Made by a program: the position numbers and the translations under genes. Shown piece by piece: positions 43,261-52,627 of a stretch of 64,000 nt of DNA. Every line of letters starts with the position of its first letter. The first letter of the stretch is position 1. Below the pieces are notes generated by a model, which worked only from the letters and a program-made list of their open reading frames with translations, was not told the DNA's origin and searched no databases. Source of the stretch: Vicinamibacterales bacterium (GTDB lineage Bacteria; Acidobacteriota; Vicinamibacteria; Vicinamibacterales; UBA8438); the NCBI GenBank assembly GCA_965223015.1, contig CBDCVL010000002.1, forward strand, positions 387,899-451,898, in the 5' to 3' direction.

Positions 43261-45369
43261 GTGGTCCTGGGAAAGAGCGACATTCTCGATACCCCGCTGC
43301 AGTTCCTCAAGGGTGTGGGGCCACGCCGCGCGGCCGATTTGGCGTCCGGAGGCATTCACCGTCTGGAAGATCTGCTCCTTCGACTTCCGATCCGCTATGA
43401 GGACCGCGCCCGTTTTCAACCGATTGCGGGAGTGCAGCCTGGCGAAACGGTTTCGGTAGCCGGGGAAGTGCTCAGCCAGGGAGTCCGGCGAACGCGGCGA
43501 CGGGGGTTCAGTGTGCTCGAGGTACTTCTCGGTGACACGACTGGCCAGATTCGAATCGTCTTTTTCAACCAACCGTTTCTCAAGGACACGTTTACCGTCC
43601 ACCAGCACGCGATCATCCACGGGACGGTCGAGCGCAGATCGCCCGGCGGGTTGCAGTTCAGCAATCCACAGTATGAGCTGGTTGACGACGACGTGACGGA
43701 AGGGGAATTAGTGCACACGGGGCGCATCGTGCCGATCTACGAACGGGTCGGCGCCGTGACGCCCAAGATGTTGAGACGCATTGTGCATGCCGCCCTGGCG
43801 CGGCTTCCCGATGACGTTGAGGATCCGCTCCCTGCCGGGCTGTGTCGAGATCTCGATCTACCGGGTCGGGGGGACGCGATGAGAGACGCCCATTTTCCCG
43901 ATCGCCACGAGTCGCTTGAAACACTCAATCGATTCCGGACGGCGGCGCAACGACGTCTGATCTTCGAGGAGTTCTTTGTCTTTCAGTTGGGTCTCGCTCT
44001 CAATCGTCAGGAGACCGATGCGATAGAAAAGCCTCGGACAATCACGGTTGACGACCGCCTGCGGCGTGCCGCGCTCGACGTTCTCCCGTTCAGGCTCACG
44101 AATGACCAAAAGGGGGCGCTCAGAGAAATCGTGACGGATCTGCAACGCCCGCAGGCGATGAATCGTCTTCTTCAGGGCGATGTTGGTTCTGGAAAGACGA
44201 TTGTTGCGCTGCTCGCCGCGCTGGTCGCCATGGAGAACGGACTCCAGGTTGCCTTCATGGCACCCACCGAGCTTCTGGCGGAGCAGCACTTCTTTAACCT
44301 GGCGCGTCTACTTGCGCCATCACGATTCGCGCTGCTAAAGCTGACCGGCGCGATGAGCGTCAAGGAACGACGGGCTGCGTGGAAGGCGCTGTCGGCCGGG
44401 GAGGCGCAGCTCGTCGTGGGTACCCACGCGCTCGTTCAGGAGGCGGTGCGGTTTCAGGCGCTCGGTCTGGTCATCATTGATGAGCAGCATCGCTTCGGGG
44501 TCGTGCAGCGGGCCACACTGCGGGACAAGGGACTCCAGCCTGACGTCTTGGTGATGACAGCCACGCCAATTCCACGGACACTGGCTCTTACCGCCTATGG
44601 CGATCTCGACCTGTCGACCATTCGTGAGTTGCCACCGGGGCGCCAACCGATCACGACAAGTGTCCGCTCGACCTCCAGGCGAAGCGATGTGTATCGGTTC
44701 ATCGACGCGCAGCTGGAGACCGGTCGTCAGGCGTATGTCGTCTATCCCCTGGTGGAAGAGTCGTCGAAGCTGGACTTACGGGCCGCGACGGAGATGGCCG
44801 ACCGCTTGCGGACGGAAGTCTTCACGACACGGCGTGTGGCTCTACTGCATGGCCGGATGAAGGCCGGCGACCGCGAGCAGATCATGCGAGCCTTCGTCGA
44901 TCACGAAGTCGACCTCTTGGTTGCGACCACTGTCATCGAGGTGGGCATCGACGTTCCCAATGCGTCGCTCATGCTTGTCGAGCATGCGGAACGCTTCGGT
45001 CTGGCGCAGCTGCATCAGTTGCGTGGCCGAGTGGGACGGGGGACGGATCGCTCGCACTGCATCTTGCTGTATCAGGAACCACTCTCCGAAGCTGCGCGTG
45101 CACGACTGGACGCTGTCGCAGGGACGGCCGATGGGTTCGAGCTTGCGGAGCGGGATCTCGAGCTTCGAGGGCCGGGGGATTTCTTTGGCACTCGCCAACA
45201 TGGCATCCCGACCTTGCGCGTTGGGGATCTTCTGCGCGACCATCACATCATGCAGGATGCTCGCCGCGCGGCGCTGCAATGGTTGCCAAGTGGTTACGCA
45301 TCGACGGAGTACCTGGATGTTGTCCGCCGGAGTTGGTCCGAACGCTTCGGACTGGTCGGGGTGGGGTAG
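43261..45369 (+). CDS. recG: ATP-dependent DNA helicase RecG
   Basis: 702-aa ORF. Wedge domain, GDVGSGKT, IIDEQHRFG, QLRGRVGRG. Confidence 0.9.
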   Translation: MVLGKSDILDTPLQFLKGVGPRRAADLASGGIHRLEDLLLRLPIRYEDRARFQPIAGVQPGETVSVAGEVLSQGVRRTRRRGFSVLEVLLGDTTGQIRIVFFNQPFLKDTFTVHQHAIIHGTVERRSPGGLQFSNPQYELVDDDVTEGELVHTGRIVPIYERVGAVTPKMLRRIVHAALARLPDDVEDPLPAGLCRDLDLPGRGDAMRDAHFPDRHESLETLNRFRTAAQRRLIFEEFFVFQLGLALNRQETDAIEKPRTITVDDRLRRAALDVLPFRLTNDQKGALREIVTDLQRPQAMNRLLQGDVGSGKTIVALLAALVAMENGLQVAFMAPTELLAEQHFFNLARLLAPSRFALLKLTGAMSVKERRAAWKALSAGEAQLVVGTHALVQEAVRFQALGLVIIDEQHRFGVVQRATLRDKGLQPDVLVMTATPIPRTLALTAYGDLDLSTIRELPPGRQPITTSVRSTSRRSDVYRFIDAQLETGRQAYVVYPLVEESSKLDLRAATEMADRLRTEVFTTRRVALLHGRMKAGDREQIMRAFVDHEVDLLVATTVIEVGIDVPNASLMLVEHAERFGLAQLHQLRGRVGRGTDRSHCILLYQEPLSEAARARLDAVAGTADGFELAERDLELRGPGDFFGTRQHGIPTLRVGDLLRDHHIMQDARRAALQWLPSGYASTEYLDVVRRSWSERFGLVGVG

Positions 45370-45375
45370 GCTGCG

Positions 45376-45939
45376 GTGCGCGTGATCGCCGGGAGCCTCA
45401 AGGGGCGTCAGCTGCAGTCGCCCCGTGGAGCGCAGCTTCGTCCGACGTCCGGTCGACTGAGGGAGACCCTCTTCAACATTCTCGGACATCGGGTCGAGTC
45501 CGCCGAGGTGCTGGACGCGTGCGCTGGCAGCGGTGCGCTCGGACTCGAGGCGCTCAGCCGCGGCGCGCTCCGCGCGGTCTTTGTCGATCGCGACCGACAG
45601 GCCTGCGAACTTGTCACGGCGAACGTGGCCCGGTGTGGCGTCGAAGACCGGTCGCGCGTGATCCTCGGCTCTTTGCCGGCAGCGATGGCGGCGCCTGACT
45701 TCCCGGAGCTGTTCGACCTGATTCTGATTGACCCACCCTATGACGACCCGCAGATTGGTGCCATACTGTCAGCGCTTGGCGGGGCGCTCGGGTCCGGAGG
45801 CACGCTCGTCGTCGAGCGGTCGAAGCGAACGGCAGCGCAGCAAGCAACGGGCCTAGCGCTCGTTCGCACGGTCAGAGCAGGGGACAGCGCGTTGGATTTC
45901 TACCAGCAGATGGGAGGGTCGCCGTCGGCGACGACGTGA
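45376..45939 (+). CDS. rsmD: 16S rRNA (guanine966-N2)-methyltransferase
   Basis: 187-aa ORF. RPTSGRLRETLFN, DPPY. Confidence 0.85.
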   Translation: MRVIAGSLKGRQLQSPRGAQLRPTSGRLRETLFNILGHRVESAEVLDACAGSGALGLEALSRGALRAVFVDRDRQACELVTANVARCGVEDRSRVILGSLPAAMAAPDFPELFDLILIDPPYDDPQIGAILSALGGALGSGGTLVVERSKRTAAQQATGLALVRTVRAGDSALDFYQQMGGSPSATT

Positions 45940-45940
45940 C

Positions 45941-46468
45941 ATGGCGGCAGAAGCGACTGTTCGACTGGCGGTCTACCCTGGGTCGTTTGATCCGCTCACG
46001 AATGGCCATGTCGACATCATTCAGCGAGGCGCGAAGCTGTTTGACCGGATCGTTGTCGCGATCCTGGTGAACGTCGAGAAGGACCCGCTCTTTACAGATG
46101 CGGAACGAGTCGCGACTGCCCGGGAGGTGTTTCGACACCATCCCTCAGTCGAGGTTGATACCTTTCGGGGTTTGCTCGTGGATTACGTACGACGTCGACA
46201 GGCCAACGTCATTGTCAGGGGACTGCGGGCGATCTCCGACTTCGAGTACGAGCTTCAGATGGCTCTGATGAATCGGCGTCTCGACTCGGACATCGAGACA
46301 GTGCTCATGATGCCCGCCGAGCCGTACACGTATGTCAGCTCGAGGCTCGTCAAAGAGATCTCTGCTCTCGGTGGGTCTGTTGACGGATTGGTGCCGACAC
46401 CGGTTGTCACGCAACTTCGGGCAAAACACGCAGTCGCGCAGCCGGTATCCGGCGAGCCCACCGGGTGA
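45941..46468 (+). CDS. coaD: pantetheine-phosphate adenylyltransferase
   Basis: 175-aa ORF. VYPGSFDPLTNGHVDII, SSRLVKEI. Confidence 0.9.
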   Translation: MAAEATVRLAVYPGSFDPLTNGHVDIIQRGAKLFDRIVVAILVNVEKDPLFTDAERVATAREVFRHHPSVEVDTFRGLLVDYVRRRQANVIVRGLRAISDFEYELQMALMNRRLDSDIETVLMMPAEPYTYVSSRLVKEISALGGSVDGLVPTPVVTQLRAKHAVAQPVSGEPTG

Positions 46469-46498
46469 TCCGAAGCACGTCTGACGCCTGCCTGATCG

Positions 46499-47707
46499 AT
46501 GAATCGACGAGGATTTTCCGAGAGTACGCAGCGGGTGACACCGTCACCCACCCAGCAGGTCGCCCAGGAAGCGGACGCGATGCGACGTCAGGGGGTCGAC
46601 ATCGTCGATCTCGGCCCTGGCGAACCTGACTTCCCGACACCACCCCACATCAAAGACGCCGGAGTCGCGGCGATCGCGGACAACTTCACACGGTACACTC
46701 CCAATGCCGGGATCTCCGAGCTACGAGACGCGATCTGCGCGCGCTATGCTAGTGATTGCTCGGTCCATCTCGGGCCGGCGAACGTGATCGTATCGGCAGG
46801 CGGGAAACAGGCGCTCTTTAATGTCGCGACGGCCCTTCTCGACCCGGGCGACGAGGTCATCACGCATGCGCCCGGGTGGCCGACGATCGTCGACCAGGTC
46901 TCGTTGGTAGGAGCACGTCCCGTTGTGGTTCGAACCGATCCGGACGATCGGTTTCAGGTGCGTGCCGACGCCGTGCTGGAGGCGGTGACACCAAGTACGC
47001 GGCTGATTGTGATCAATTCTCCTGGGAACCCAACTGGTGGGCTCATCTCGGAGGATGATCTGAGACGAGTGGCGCGTGCTGCGGCGGCCGACGGTATCTG
47101 GATTGCGCTTGATTTGTGCTATGACCAATTGGTCTACGACACTGCCCCGCACAACCTGGCGAAGGTACTGAACGAGACCTGGCCGGAACGGTCTGTGTTG
47201 ATTGGGAGTCTCTCGAAAACGTATGCCATGACCGGATGGCGATGCGGATGGGCGGTTGGCCCGGAACCGTTGATCGCGGCGTGTAGCAACATCCAAAGCC
47301 ATTGCACGTCGAACGCGTCATCGATTAGTCAGCGCGCGGCAGTGGCGGCGCTCACCGAGTCGCAGGAGTGCGTGACACTGATGCGAACGGAGTACCGTCA
47401 GCGACGTGACACCTTGCTCGAGTGGCTCGGCGAAGAGCCGCGGATTCGATGCGTCCGACCAGCCGGTGCGTTTTACGTGTTTCCCGACATCTCCGGCTTG
47501 CTCTCACCGGATACTGTGCGCACCTCACTCGCGTTTACGACCTCGCTGCTGCGCCGTGTCCACGTCGCCGTCACGGCCGGCGAAGCGTTCGATGCGCCAG
47601 GATTCCTTCGCCTGTCCTACGCGGCATCACTGGAGCAGCTACGGGAAGGCGTCGACAGACTCGCGGTGTTCATAGCCGATCTTGACCGCGGCGACGTGCG
47701 CGCCTAG
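46499..47707 (+). CDS. class I PLP-dependent (aspartate/aromatic) aminotransferase
   Basis: 402-aa ORF. NSPGNPTG, PLP-lysine SLSKTYAMTGWR. Confidence 0.85.
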   Translation: MNRRGFSESTQRVTPSPTQQVAQEADAMRRQGVDIVDLGPGEPDFPTPPHIKDAGVAAIADNFTRYTPNAGISELRDAICARYASDCSVHLGPANVIVSAGGKQALFNVATALLDPGDEVITHAPGWPTIVDQVSLVGARPVVVRTDPDDRFQVRADAVLEAVTPSTRLIVINSPGNPTGGLISEDDLRRVARAAAADGIWIALDLCYDQLVYDTAPHNLAKVLNETWPERSVLIGSLSKTYAMTGWRCGWAVGPEPLIAACSNIQSHCTSNASSISQRAAVAALTESQECVTLMRTEYRQRRDTLLEWLGEEPRIRCVRPAGAFYVFPDISGLLSPDTVRTSLAFTTSLLRRVHVAVTAGEAFDAPGFLRLSYAASLEQLREGVDRLAVFIADLDRGDVRA

Positions 47708-47717
47708 TGCATGTTTC

Positions 47718-47815
47718 AGATGGGGCAGCGCCCCAAACCCCTCGCCGTCGCTCGCGGGGGCCCGTTGCCCCGCGCCGCTCCGGCGGGGCGCGCTGTGCGC
47801 GCCCTCGCGACACGC
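47718..47815 (+). repeat. GC-rich hairpin repeat, family R2, copy B
   Basis: Starts 10 nt after the aminotransferase TAG stop. Aligns with copies A and C over ~98 nt. Confidence 0.85.
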
Positions 47816-47846
47816 AAGTGAATAACGCGCCAGTGTGCCGAGTTTG

Positions 47847-49256
47847 TCATTTCTGATCGCCATCGGTCGGAAAGATCTTTCCAGGGTTGAGGATCCCGTT
47901 CGGATCGAATGCTTGTTTGACACGGCGCATCAACTCAATCGTGTCTTGGGAGAGCTCGAGTCCTAGGAATGGCGCCTTCGAGAACCCGATGCCGTGCTCA
48001 CCGCTGATCGACCCCTCCAGGGCAACGACTCCTTCGAAGAGCTCGCGCTCAGCCTGCCGAGCCCGCTCCATCGCGTAGCCGTCCTCCGGATCGACCAGAA
48101 TGTTGACATGTATGTTGCCGTCTCCCACGTGTCCAAAACTTGGCATCGGTAGTTGGTGGGCGTCCCTGAGCCGTGCGATGAGATCGAACAGCTGGGGAAT
48201 TCGTCCTTTGGGAACAACGACATCGTGGTTGATCTTGCGCGGCGCAAGGGCACGGAGCGCGAGCGAAAGGTCACGGCGATCCTTCCAGAGGCGGTCACGC
48301 TCGTCTTCGGTCCGCGCCTCGTTGACGACGGAAGCCATGTTGGAGCAGACACGGTCGACGCGATGTGCCTCTGCAGCCACCGCTTCCGGCATACCATCCA
48401 GCTCGATGAGAAGCAGCGCCCCGGCACCCTCCGAAGGCGGAGGGTCTCCGCGATACTGGGCAATGGCGGCCAGGCAGTCGGCATCGATGAGCTCGAGCGC
48501 GGCGGGCACGACTCCGTCGGCGATCACCGCTTCGACCGCGTGGGCTGCGTGGTCCAGCGTTTCGAACATCGCACGGAGGGAGGTGCGGGCGGTGGGTCGC
48601 GGGATGAGTCGGAGAATGATCTCTGTCACGATCGCCAGCGTGCCCTCCGAACCGACCAGAAGCTGTGTGACGTCATAGCCCACGACGTTCTTAACCGACT
48701 TGCCGCCGGTTCGGACGATCTGACCGGTCGGCAGGACTGCCTCGAGGCCCAAGACGTACCGCTTCGTTGTCCCGTACTTGAACGCCCGCGGTCCACCCGC
48801 ACACTCGGCCACATTGCCCCCGATGACTGACTCGTGGAGGCTTGCCGGATCAGGGGGGTAGAAGAGTCCGACGTTCTCCACCGCCTGCTGAAGGGTCGCC
48901 GTGACGACGTTGGGCTCCACGACTGCCAGCAGGTTCGACTCGTCAATCTCGAGAATGCGATTCAGCCGTTCCAGGGACATCACGACTCCTCCAGCAGTCG
49001 GGACGGCACCGCCGCTGTACCCAGTGCCGGCGCCGCGCGGCGTCAGCGGGACGCCAGCGCGGTCGCAAGTTCTGGCGACTGCCGCAACCTCTGCGGTCGA
49101 GCCGGGGACGACGACGAGGTCAGCTGGGTGGCCACGCTGAAGCGCGTCGACGCCGTACGCGGTCCGCGATGCCAGGTCCGTACGGACCCACGCAGAGCCC
49201 ACGAGGGTCCTCATCTCGTCGGCGAATCGGTCTGGCAGGCTGAGGCTAGAGGCCAT
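47847..49256 (-). CDS. FAD-linked oxidase (GlcD-like)
   Basis: Track ORF 47847..49397, start moved to ATG 49256. PCMH FAD-binding N-terminal domain (VVPGSTAEVAAVARTC..PRGAGTGYSGG). Confidence 0.8.
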   Translation of the reverse strand: MASSLSLPDRFADEMRTLVGSAWVRTDLASRTAYGVDALQRGHPADLVVVPGSTAEVAAVARTCDRAGVPLTPRGAGTGYSGGAVPTAGGVVMSLERLNRILEIDESNLLAVVEPNVVTATLQQAVENVGLFYPPDPASLHESVIGGNVAECAGGPRAFKYGTTKRYVLGLEAVLPTGQIVRTGGKSVKNVVGYDVTQLLVGSEGTLAIVTEIILRLIPRPTARTSLRAMFETLDHAAHAVEAVIADGVVPAALELIDADCLAAIAQYRGDPPPSEGAGALLLIELDGMPEAVAAEAHRVDRVCSNMASVVNEARTEDERDRLWKDRRDLSLALRALAPRKINHDVVVPKGRIPQLFDLIARLRDAHQLPMPSFGHVGDGNIHVNILVDPEDGYAMERARQAERELFEGVVALEGSISGEHGIGFSKAPFLGLELSQDTIELMRRVKQAFDPNGILNPGKIFPTDGDQK

Positions 49257-50361
49257 CGAGCTCGGTAGCGGCGCCAGGCTGCTGACTGGCGTCTCGCTGT
49301 TGCGAATCCATCGGGTCCCAGCGACCCGGAACTTTAGCCCCACACGACCCACAGTGGCCAGCCGCGGTGAGACGGTAGGCGCCAATGTCGTATCCACGCC
49401 GCTCGATCACCGGCACCTCGCACGTGGGGCAATGCGTGTGCTCGAGCTGACCGACGTCGCCGGGCAGATTGCCGGCATAGACGAACCGGAGTCCCTGTGC
49501 GCGCCCGATCTGCGCGGCCCGAGTCAACATGTTCGCTGTGGTGTCATGGCGGTCCGTCATCCGGTACGTCGCGTAGAACGCGGTCACGTGCCATGGGATA
49601 TCCGGAGACACGCTCGCAATGAACGACGTCATCAGTCGCAGCTCGTCATCGGAATCGTTGAAGCCTGGGATGAGAAGTGTGACGATCTCGACCCAGAGAC
49701 CAAGCATGTATGCACGTCGGATGGTGTCAAGCACTGGCTCGAGCCGCCCGCCGAGTTGGCGATAGTGTCGGTCGTCAAAGCTCTTCAGGTCCACCTTGTA
49801 CAGGTCGGTCCACGGTCGGAGGTACTCGAGCACCCGAGGCGTCGCATTTCCGTTGGACACGAAGCCAGTCGCAAGCCCGACCCGACGCGCCTCCTTGAAG
49901 ATCGCCACCGCCCACTCGGTCGTGATCAGCGGTTCGTTGTACGTGCTCACGACGGTACGCGCGCCCGAGCGCAGGGCGTCCTTCACCATACGGTTTGGGG
50001 TCGTCTGCTGAGGAACGGCTCCGGCCGCCGGGTCGCGAAGAGTCTGGGAGGTGACCCAGTTCTGGCAGTAACTGCAATGGAGATCACAGCCAAGCATTCC
50101 AAAGCTGTAGGCTAGCGAACCCGGATAGGCGTGGAAGAAGGGTTTCTTCTCGATCGGGTCACACTGGACACTCCCGACGTACCCCCACGGGACCTGCAGG
50201 TGCCCGTTCCGGTTGAACCGAACATGGCACACACCTTTCGCGCCAACCGGAATCCGGCACAGGTGTCCACAGGCATAGCATTGGATCCGGCCGCCACCGA
50301 TCGGCTCCCAAAGCTCGCCTTCCCGGGTCCGTGTTTCGAGCGTGGCACGCAAACTCGACAT
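49246..50361 (-). CDS. AmmeMemoRadiSam-system-type radical SAM enzyme
   Basis: Track ORF 49246..50736 runs through a repeat. The real start is ATG 50361 (SD GGCGAGGA). N-terminal Cys-rich CYACGHLC..GVCHVR, CDLHCSYCQNW (CxxxCxxC). Confidence 0.8.
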   Translation of the reverse strand: MSSLRATLETRTREGELWEPIGGGRIQCYACGHLCRIPVGAKGVCHVRFNRNGHLQVPWGYVGSVQCDPIEKKPFFHAYPGSLAYSFGMLGCDLHCSYCQNWVTSQTLRDPAAGAVPQQTTPNRMVKDALRSGARTVVSTYNEPLITTEWAVAIFKEARRVGLATGFVSNGNATPRVLEYLRPWTDLYKVDLKSFDDRHYRQLGGRLEPVLDTIRRAYMLGLWVEIVTLLIPGFNDSDDELRLMTSFIASVSPDIPWHVTAFYATYRMTDRHDTTANMLTRAAQIGRAQGLRFVYAGNLPGDVGQLEHTHCPTCEVPVIERRGYDIGAYRLTAAGHCGSCGAKVPGRWDPMDSQQRDASQQPGAATELDGL

Positions 50362-50375
50362 ATCCTCGCCTGTTT

Positions 50376-50539
50376 CTAGTGTAGTGAGTGCAACAGATCT
50401 GCACACCGAGGCTGGCGCTGCGCCCGGATGGCAAGGCGCGAAGAGCGAGAATATTGGGCATATTCGAGCGATGAGCAACGCCACCAGGCGGGATACAGCG
50501 CCGGCCGAATGTATGGATCTGTTGCACTCACCACACCAG
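50376..50539 (-). repeat. 164-bp foldback (MITE-like) repeat, family R1, copy 3 (reverse orientation, divergent arms)
   Basis: Exactly 164 bp. The core is ~80% identical to copies 1 and 2. The arms differ from copy 1 at 12/25 positions yet are 22/24 self-complementary. Confidence 0.8.
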
Positions 50540-50592
50540 TGTGAAACCGTGCAGGAGAGAAGGCAAGGGCCCCAGGCGCTATACTTGCTGCT

Positions 50593-50961
50593 GTGAAACG
50601 CGTAGCCGTCGTCGGGGCGTCGTCGAATCCCCAAAAGTTCGGCAATCAGGCCGTGCGCGCCCTCAATCGCCGAGGCTACGAAGTCATCCCGGTTAACCGA
50701 CACGAGACACAGATCGAGGGCCTCACGACCTATCATTCGGTCCTCGATATCCCTGGTGAGGTCGATATGGTCACGATTTACGTGCCACCTGCCGAGGCGC
50801 TCGACGTGATCTGTCAGATTGCGGAAAAGAAGATCCCCGAAGTCTGGCTCAATCCCGGGGCCGACGCACCTGAAGTCATCGACCGGGCCCGGGAGCTGGG
50901 CCTAGAACCAATCGTCGCCTGCAGCCTCATGGCAATAGGCGCCGCGGCTCAGGGCGGTTGA
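50593..50961 (+). CDS. CoA-binding domain protein (YccU-like)
   Basis: 122-aa ORF. VAVVGASSNPQKFGN. GTG start. Confidence 0.75.
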   Translation: MKRVAVVGASSNPQKFGNQAVRALNRRGYEVIPVNRHETQIEGLTTYHSVLDIPGEVDMVTIYVPPAEALDVICQIAEKKIPEVWLNPGADAPEVIDRARELGLEPIVACSLMAIGAAAQGG

Positions 50962-50986
50962 CACGTCGATTCATCGGTCCTATACT
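50958..50986 (+). promoter_or_regulatory. near-consensus sigma-70 promoter of rho (TTGACA-17-TATACT)
   Basis: Read directly. The -35 overlaps the stop of the upstream gene and leaves a ~135-nt leader. Confidence 0.65.
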
Positions 50987-51125
50987 GAAAAAGAACTGCT
51001 TCGAAGAAGGGTTTCCCCAACCGACACGTTCGCGCTCAGCCAGATTTAAATCTGCGGGTCAAGCCCGCGCATACCTTAGCCGCTAGGCTAATACCCACTA
51101 TCTAACCTTTAGACAACCTAACGCT

Positions 51126-52541
51126 ATGCCAACAAACCAGAAACGTACCTCACGGTCGTCAGAATCTCAGCCCGAGTCAGCGGAGGTGGCGACGGCCACG
51201 CCCACGGCGCCGACGGAAGATGCGCCGGCGGTGGCCACCAAGGCCCCGCCGTCCGGGCGGTCCTCCTCAAAGCGTGGCGGCAACACGCTCAACATCGGCG
51301 AGCTCAAAGACATGAGCATCGCGAAGCTCACTCAGGTCGCCAAGGACCTTACCGTGGCTGGCGCGACCGGGATGCGGAAGCAGGAGCTGATCTTCCAGAT
51401 TCTGAAGGCTCAGACTGAGCAGAGCGGATTCATCTTTTCCGAGGGCGTGCTCGAAGTACTGCCGGATGGCTTCGGATTCCTACGGGCTCCCGACTACAAC
51501 TATTTGCCAGGGCCCGACGACATCTACGTGTCCCCGTCCCAGATTCGGAAGTTCGATCTGCAAACCGGCGACACAGTGTCGGGACAGATTCGGCCGCCGA
51601 AGGAGGGGGAGCGCTATTTCGCGCTGATCAAGGTCGAGGCGGTCAACTTTGAGGCTCCCGAGCAGGCGCGGGACAAGATCTTCTTCGAGAACCTGACGCC
51701 GCTGTACCCGCAGGATCGGATCACGCTCGAGGGAGAGGGACCCAACCTCTCGTCTCGCGTCATGGATCTGATGACGCCCATCGGCAAGGGCCAGCGGGGC
51801 CTGATCGTGGCGGCGCCTCGAACCGGAAAGACGATGCTGCTGCAGAACATCGCACAGTCAATCGTTCGCAACCACCCCGAGGTCTACCTGATCGTCCTGT
51901 TGATTGACGAGCGGCCGGAGGAAGTCACCGACATGGAACGGTCCGTCGACGGTGAGGTGATCTCCTCGACGTTTGACGAGCCGGCGCAGCGTCACGTCCA
52001 GGTGGCGGAGATGGTGATCGAAAAGGCCAAGCGACTGGTGGAGCACCGGAAAGACGTCGTCATTCTCCTTGACTCGGTCACGCGCCTTGCCCGTGCATAC
52101 AACACCGTCATTCCGCCATCGGGCAAGGTGTTGTCGGGTGGTCTCGACTCCAACGCGCTGCAGAAGCCAAAGCGCTTCTTCGGTGCAGCCCGCAACATCG
52201 AAGAAGGTGGGTCGCTCACGATCATGGCGACGGCACTCGTCGACACCGGCTCGCGGATGGACGATGTCATCTTCGAGGAGTTCAAGGGCACGGGTAACAT
52301 GGAGATTCACCTCGAGAGAAAACTTGTCGACAAGCGGGTTTTCCCGGCGATCGATATCCAGAAGAGTGGTACCAGAAAAGAGGAGCTCTTGTTGGATTCG
52401 GAGGATCTGAACCGCGTGTGGGTTCTGCGCAAGGTGCTCAATCCGTTGTCGCCGGTCGAGGCGATGGAACTGCTGTTGGACAAGATGGGTAAGACCAAGT
52501 CAAACGCGGACTTCCTCGCATCGATGCAAAAGATGGGGTGA
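51126..52541 (+). CDS. rho: transcription termination factor Rho with ~55-aa low-complexity N-terminal extension
   Basis: 471-aa ORF. GFGFLR RNA-binding, Walker [18 protein letters not shown]. Confidence 0.95.
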   Translation: MPTNQKRTSRSSESQPESAEVATATPTAPTEDAPAVATKAPPSGRSSSKRGGNTLNIGELKDMSIAKLTQVAKDLTVAGATGMRKQELIFQILKAQTEQSGFIFSEGVLEVLPDGFGFLRAPDYNYLPGPDDIYVSPSQIRKFDLQTGDTVSGQIRPPKEGERYFALIKVEAVNFEAPEQARDKIFFENLTPLYPQDRITLEGEGPNLSSRVMDLMTPIGKGQRGLIVAAPRTGKTMLLQNIAQSIVRNHPEVYLIVLLIDERPEEVTDMERSVDGEVISSTFDEPAQRHVQVAEMVIEKAKRLVEHRKDVVILLDSVTRLARAYNTVIPPSGKVLSGGLDSNALQKPKRFFGAARNIEEGGSLTIMATALVDTGSRMDDVIFEEFKGTGNMEIHLERKLVDKRVFPAIDIQKSGTRKEELLLDSEDLNRVWVLRKVLNPLSPVEAMELLLDKMGKTKSNADFLASMQKMG

Positions 52542-52627
52542 TGCTGGCGCAGATCGGCGTACGAGCTGACGGTCTGTTTCTCGCTAGCGTGCGTGCGCCC
52601 AGGGTCGCGCCAGCGAGGTAATGCCAG

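Noticed and set aside
52580-52617. Hairpin CTCGCTAGCG..CGCCAGCGAG between convergent rho and clpB as a bidirectional terminator.
   Set aside because: The stem has a mismatch and there is no U-tract on either strand, so I cannot support it as an intrinsic terminator.
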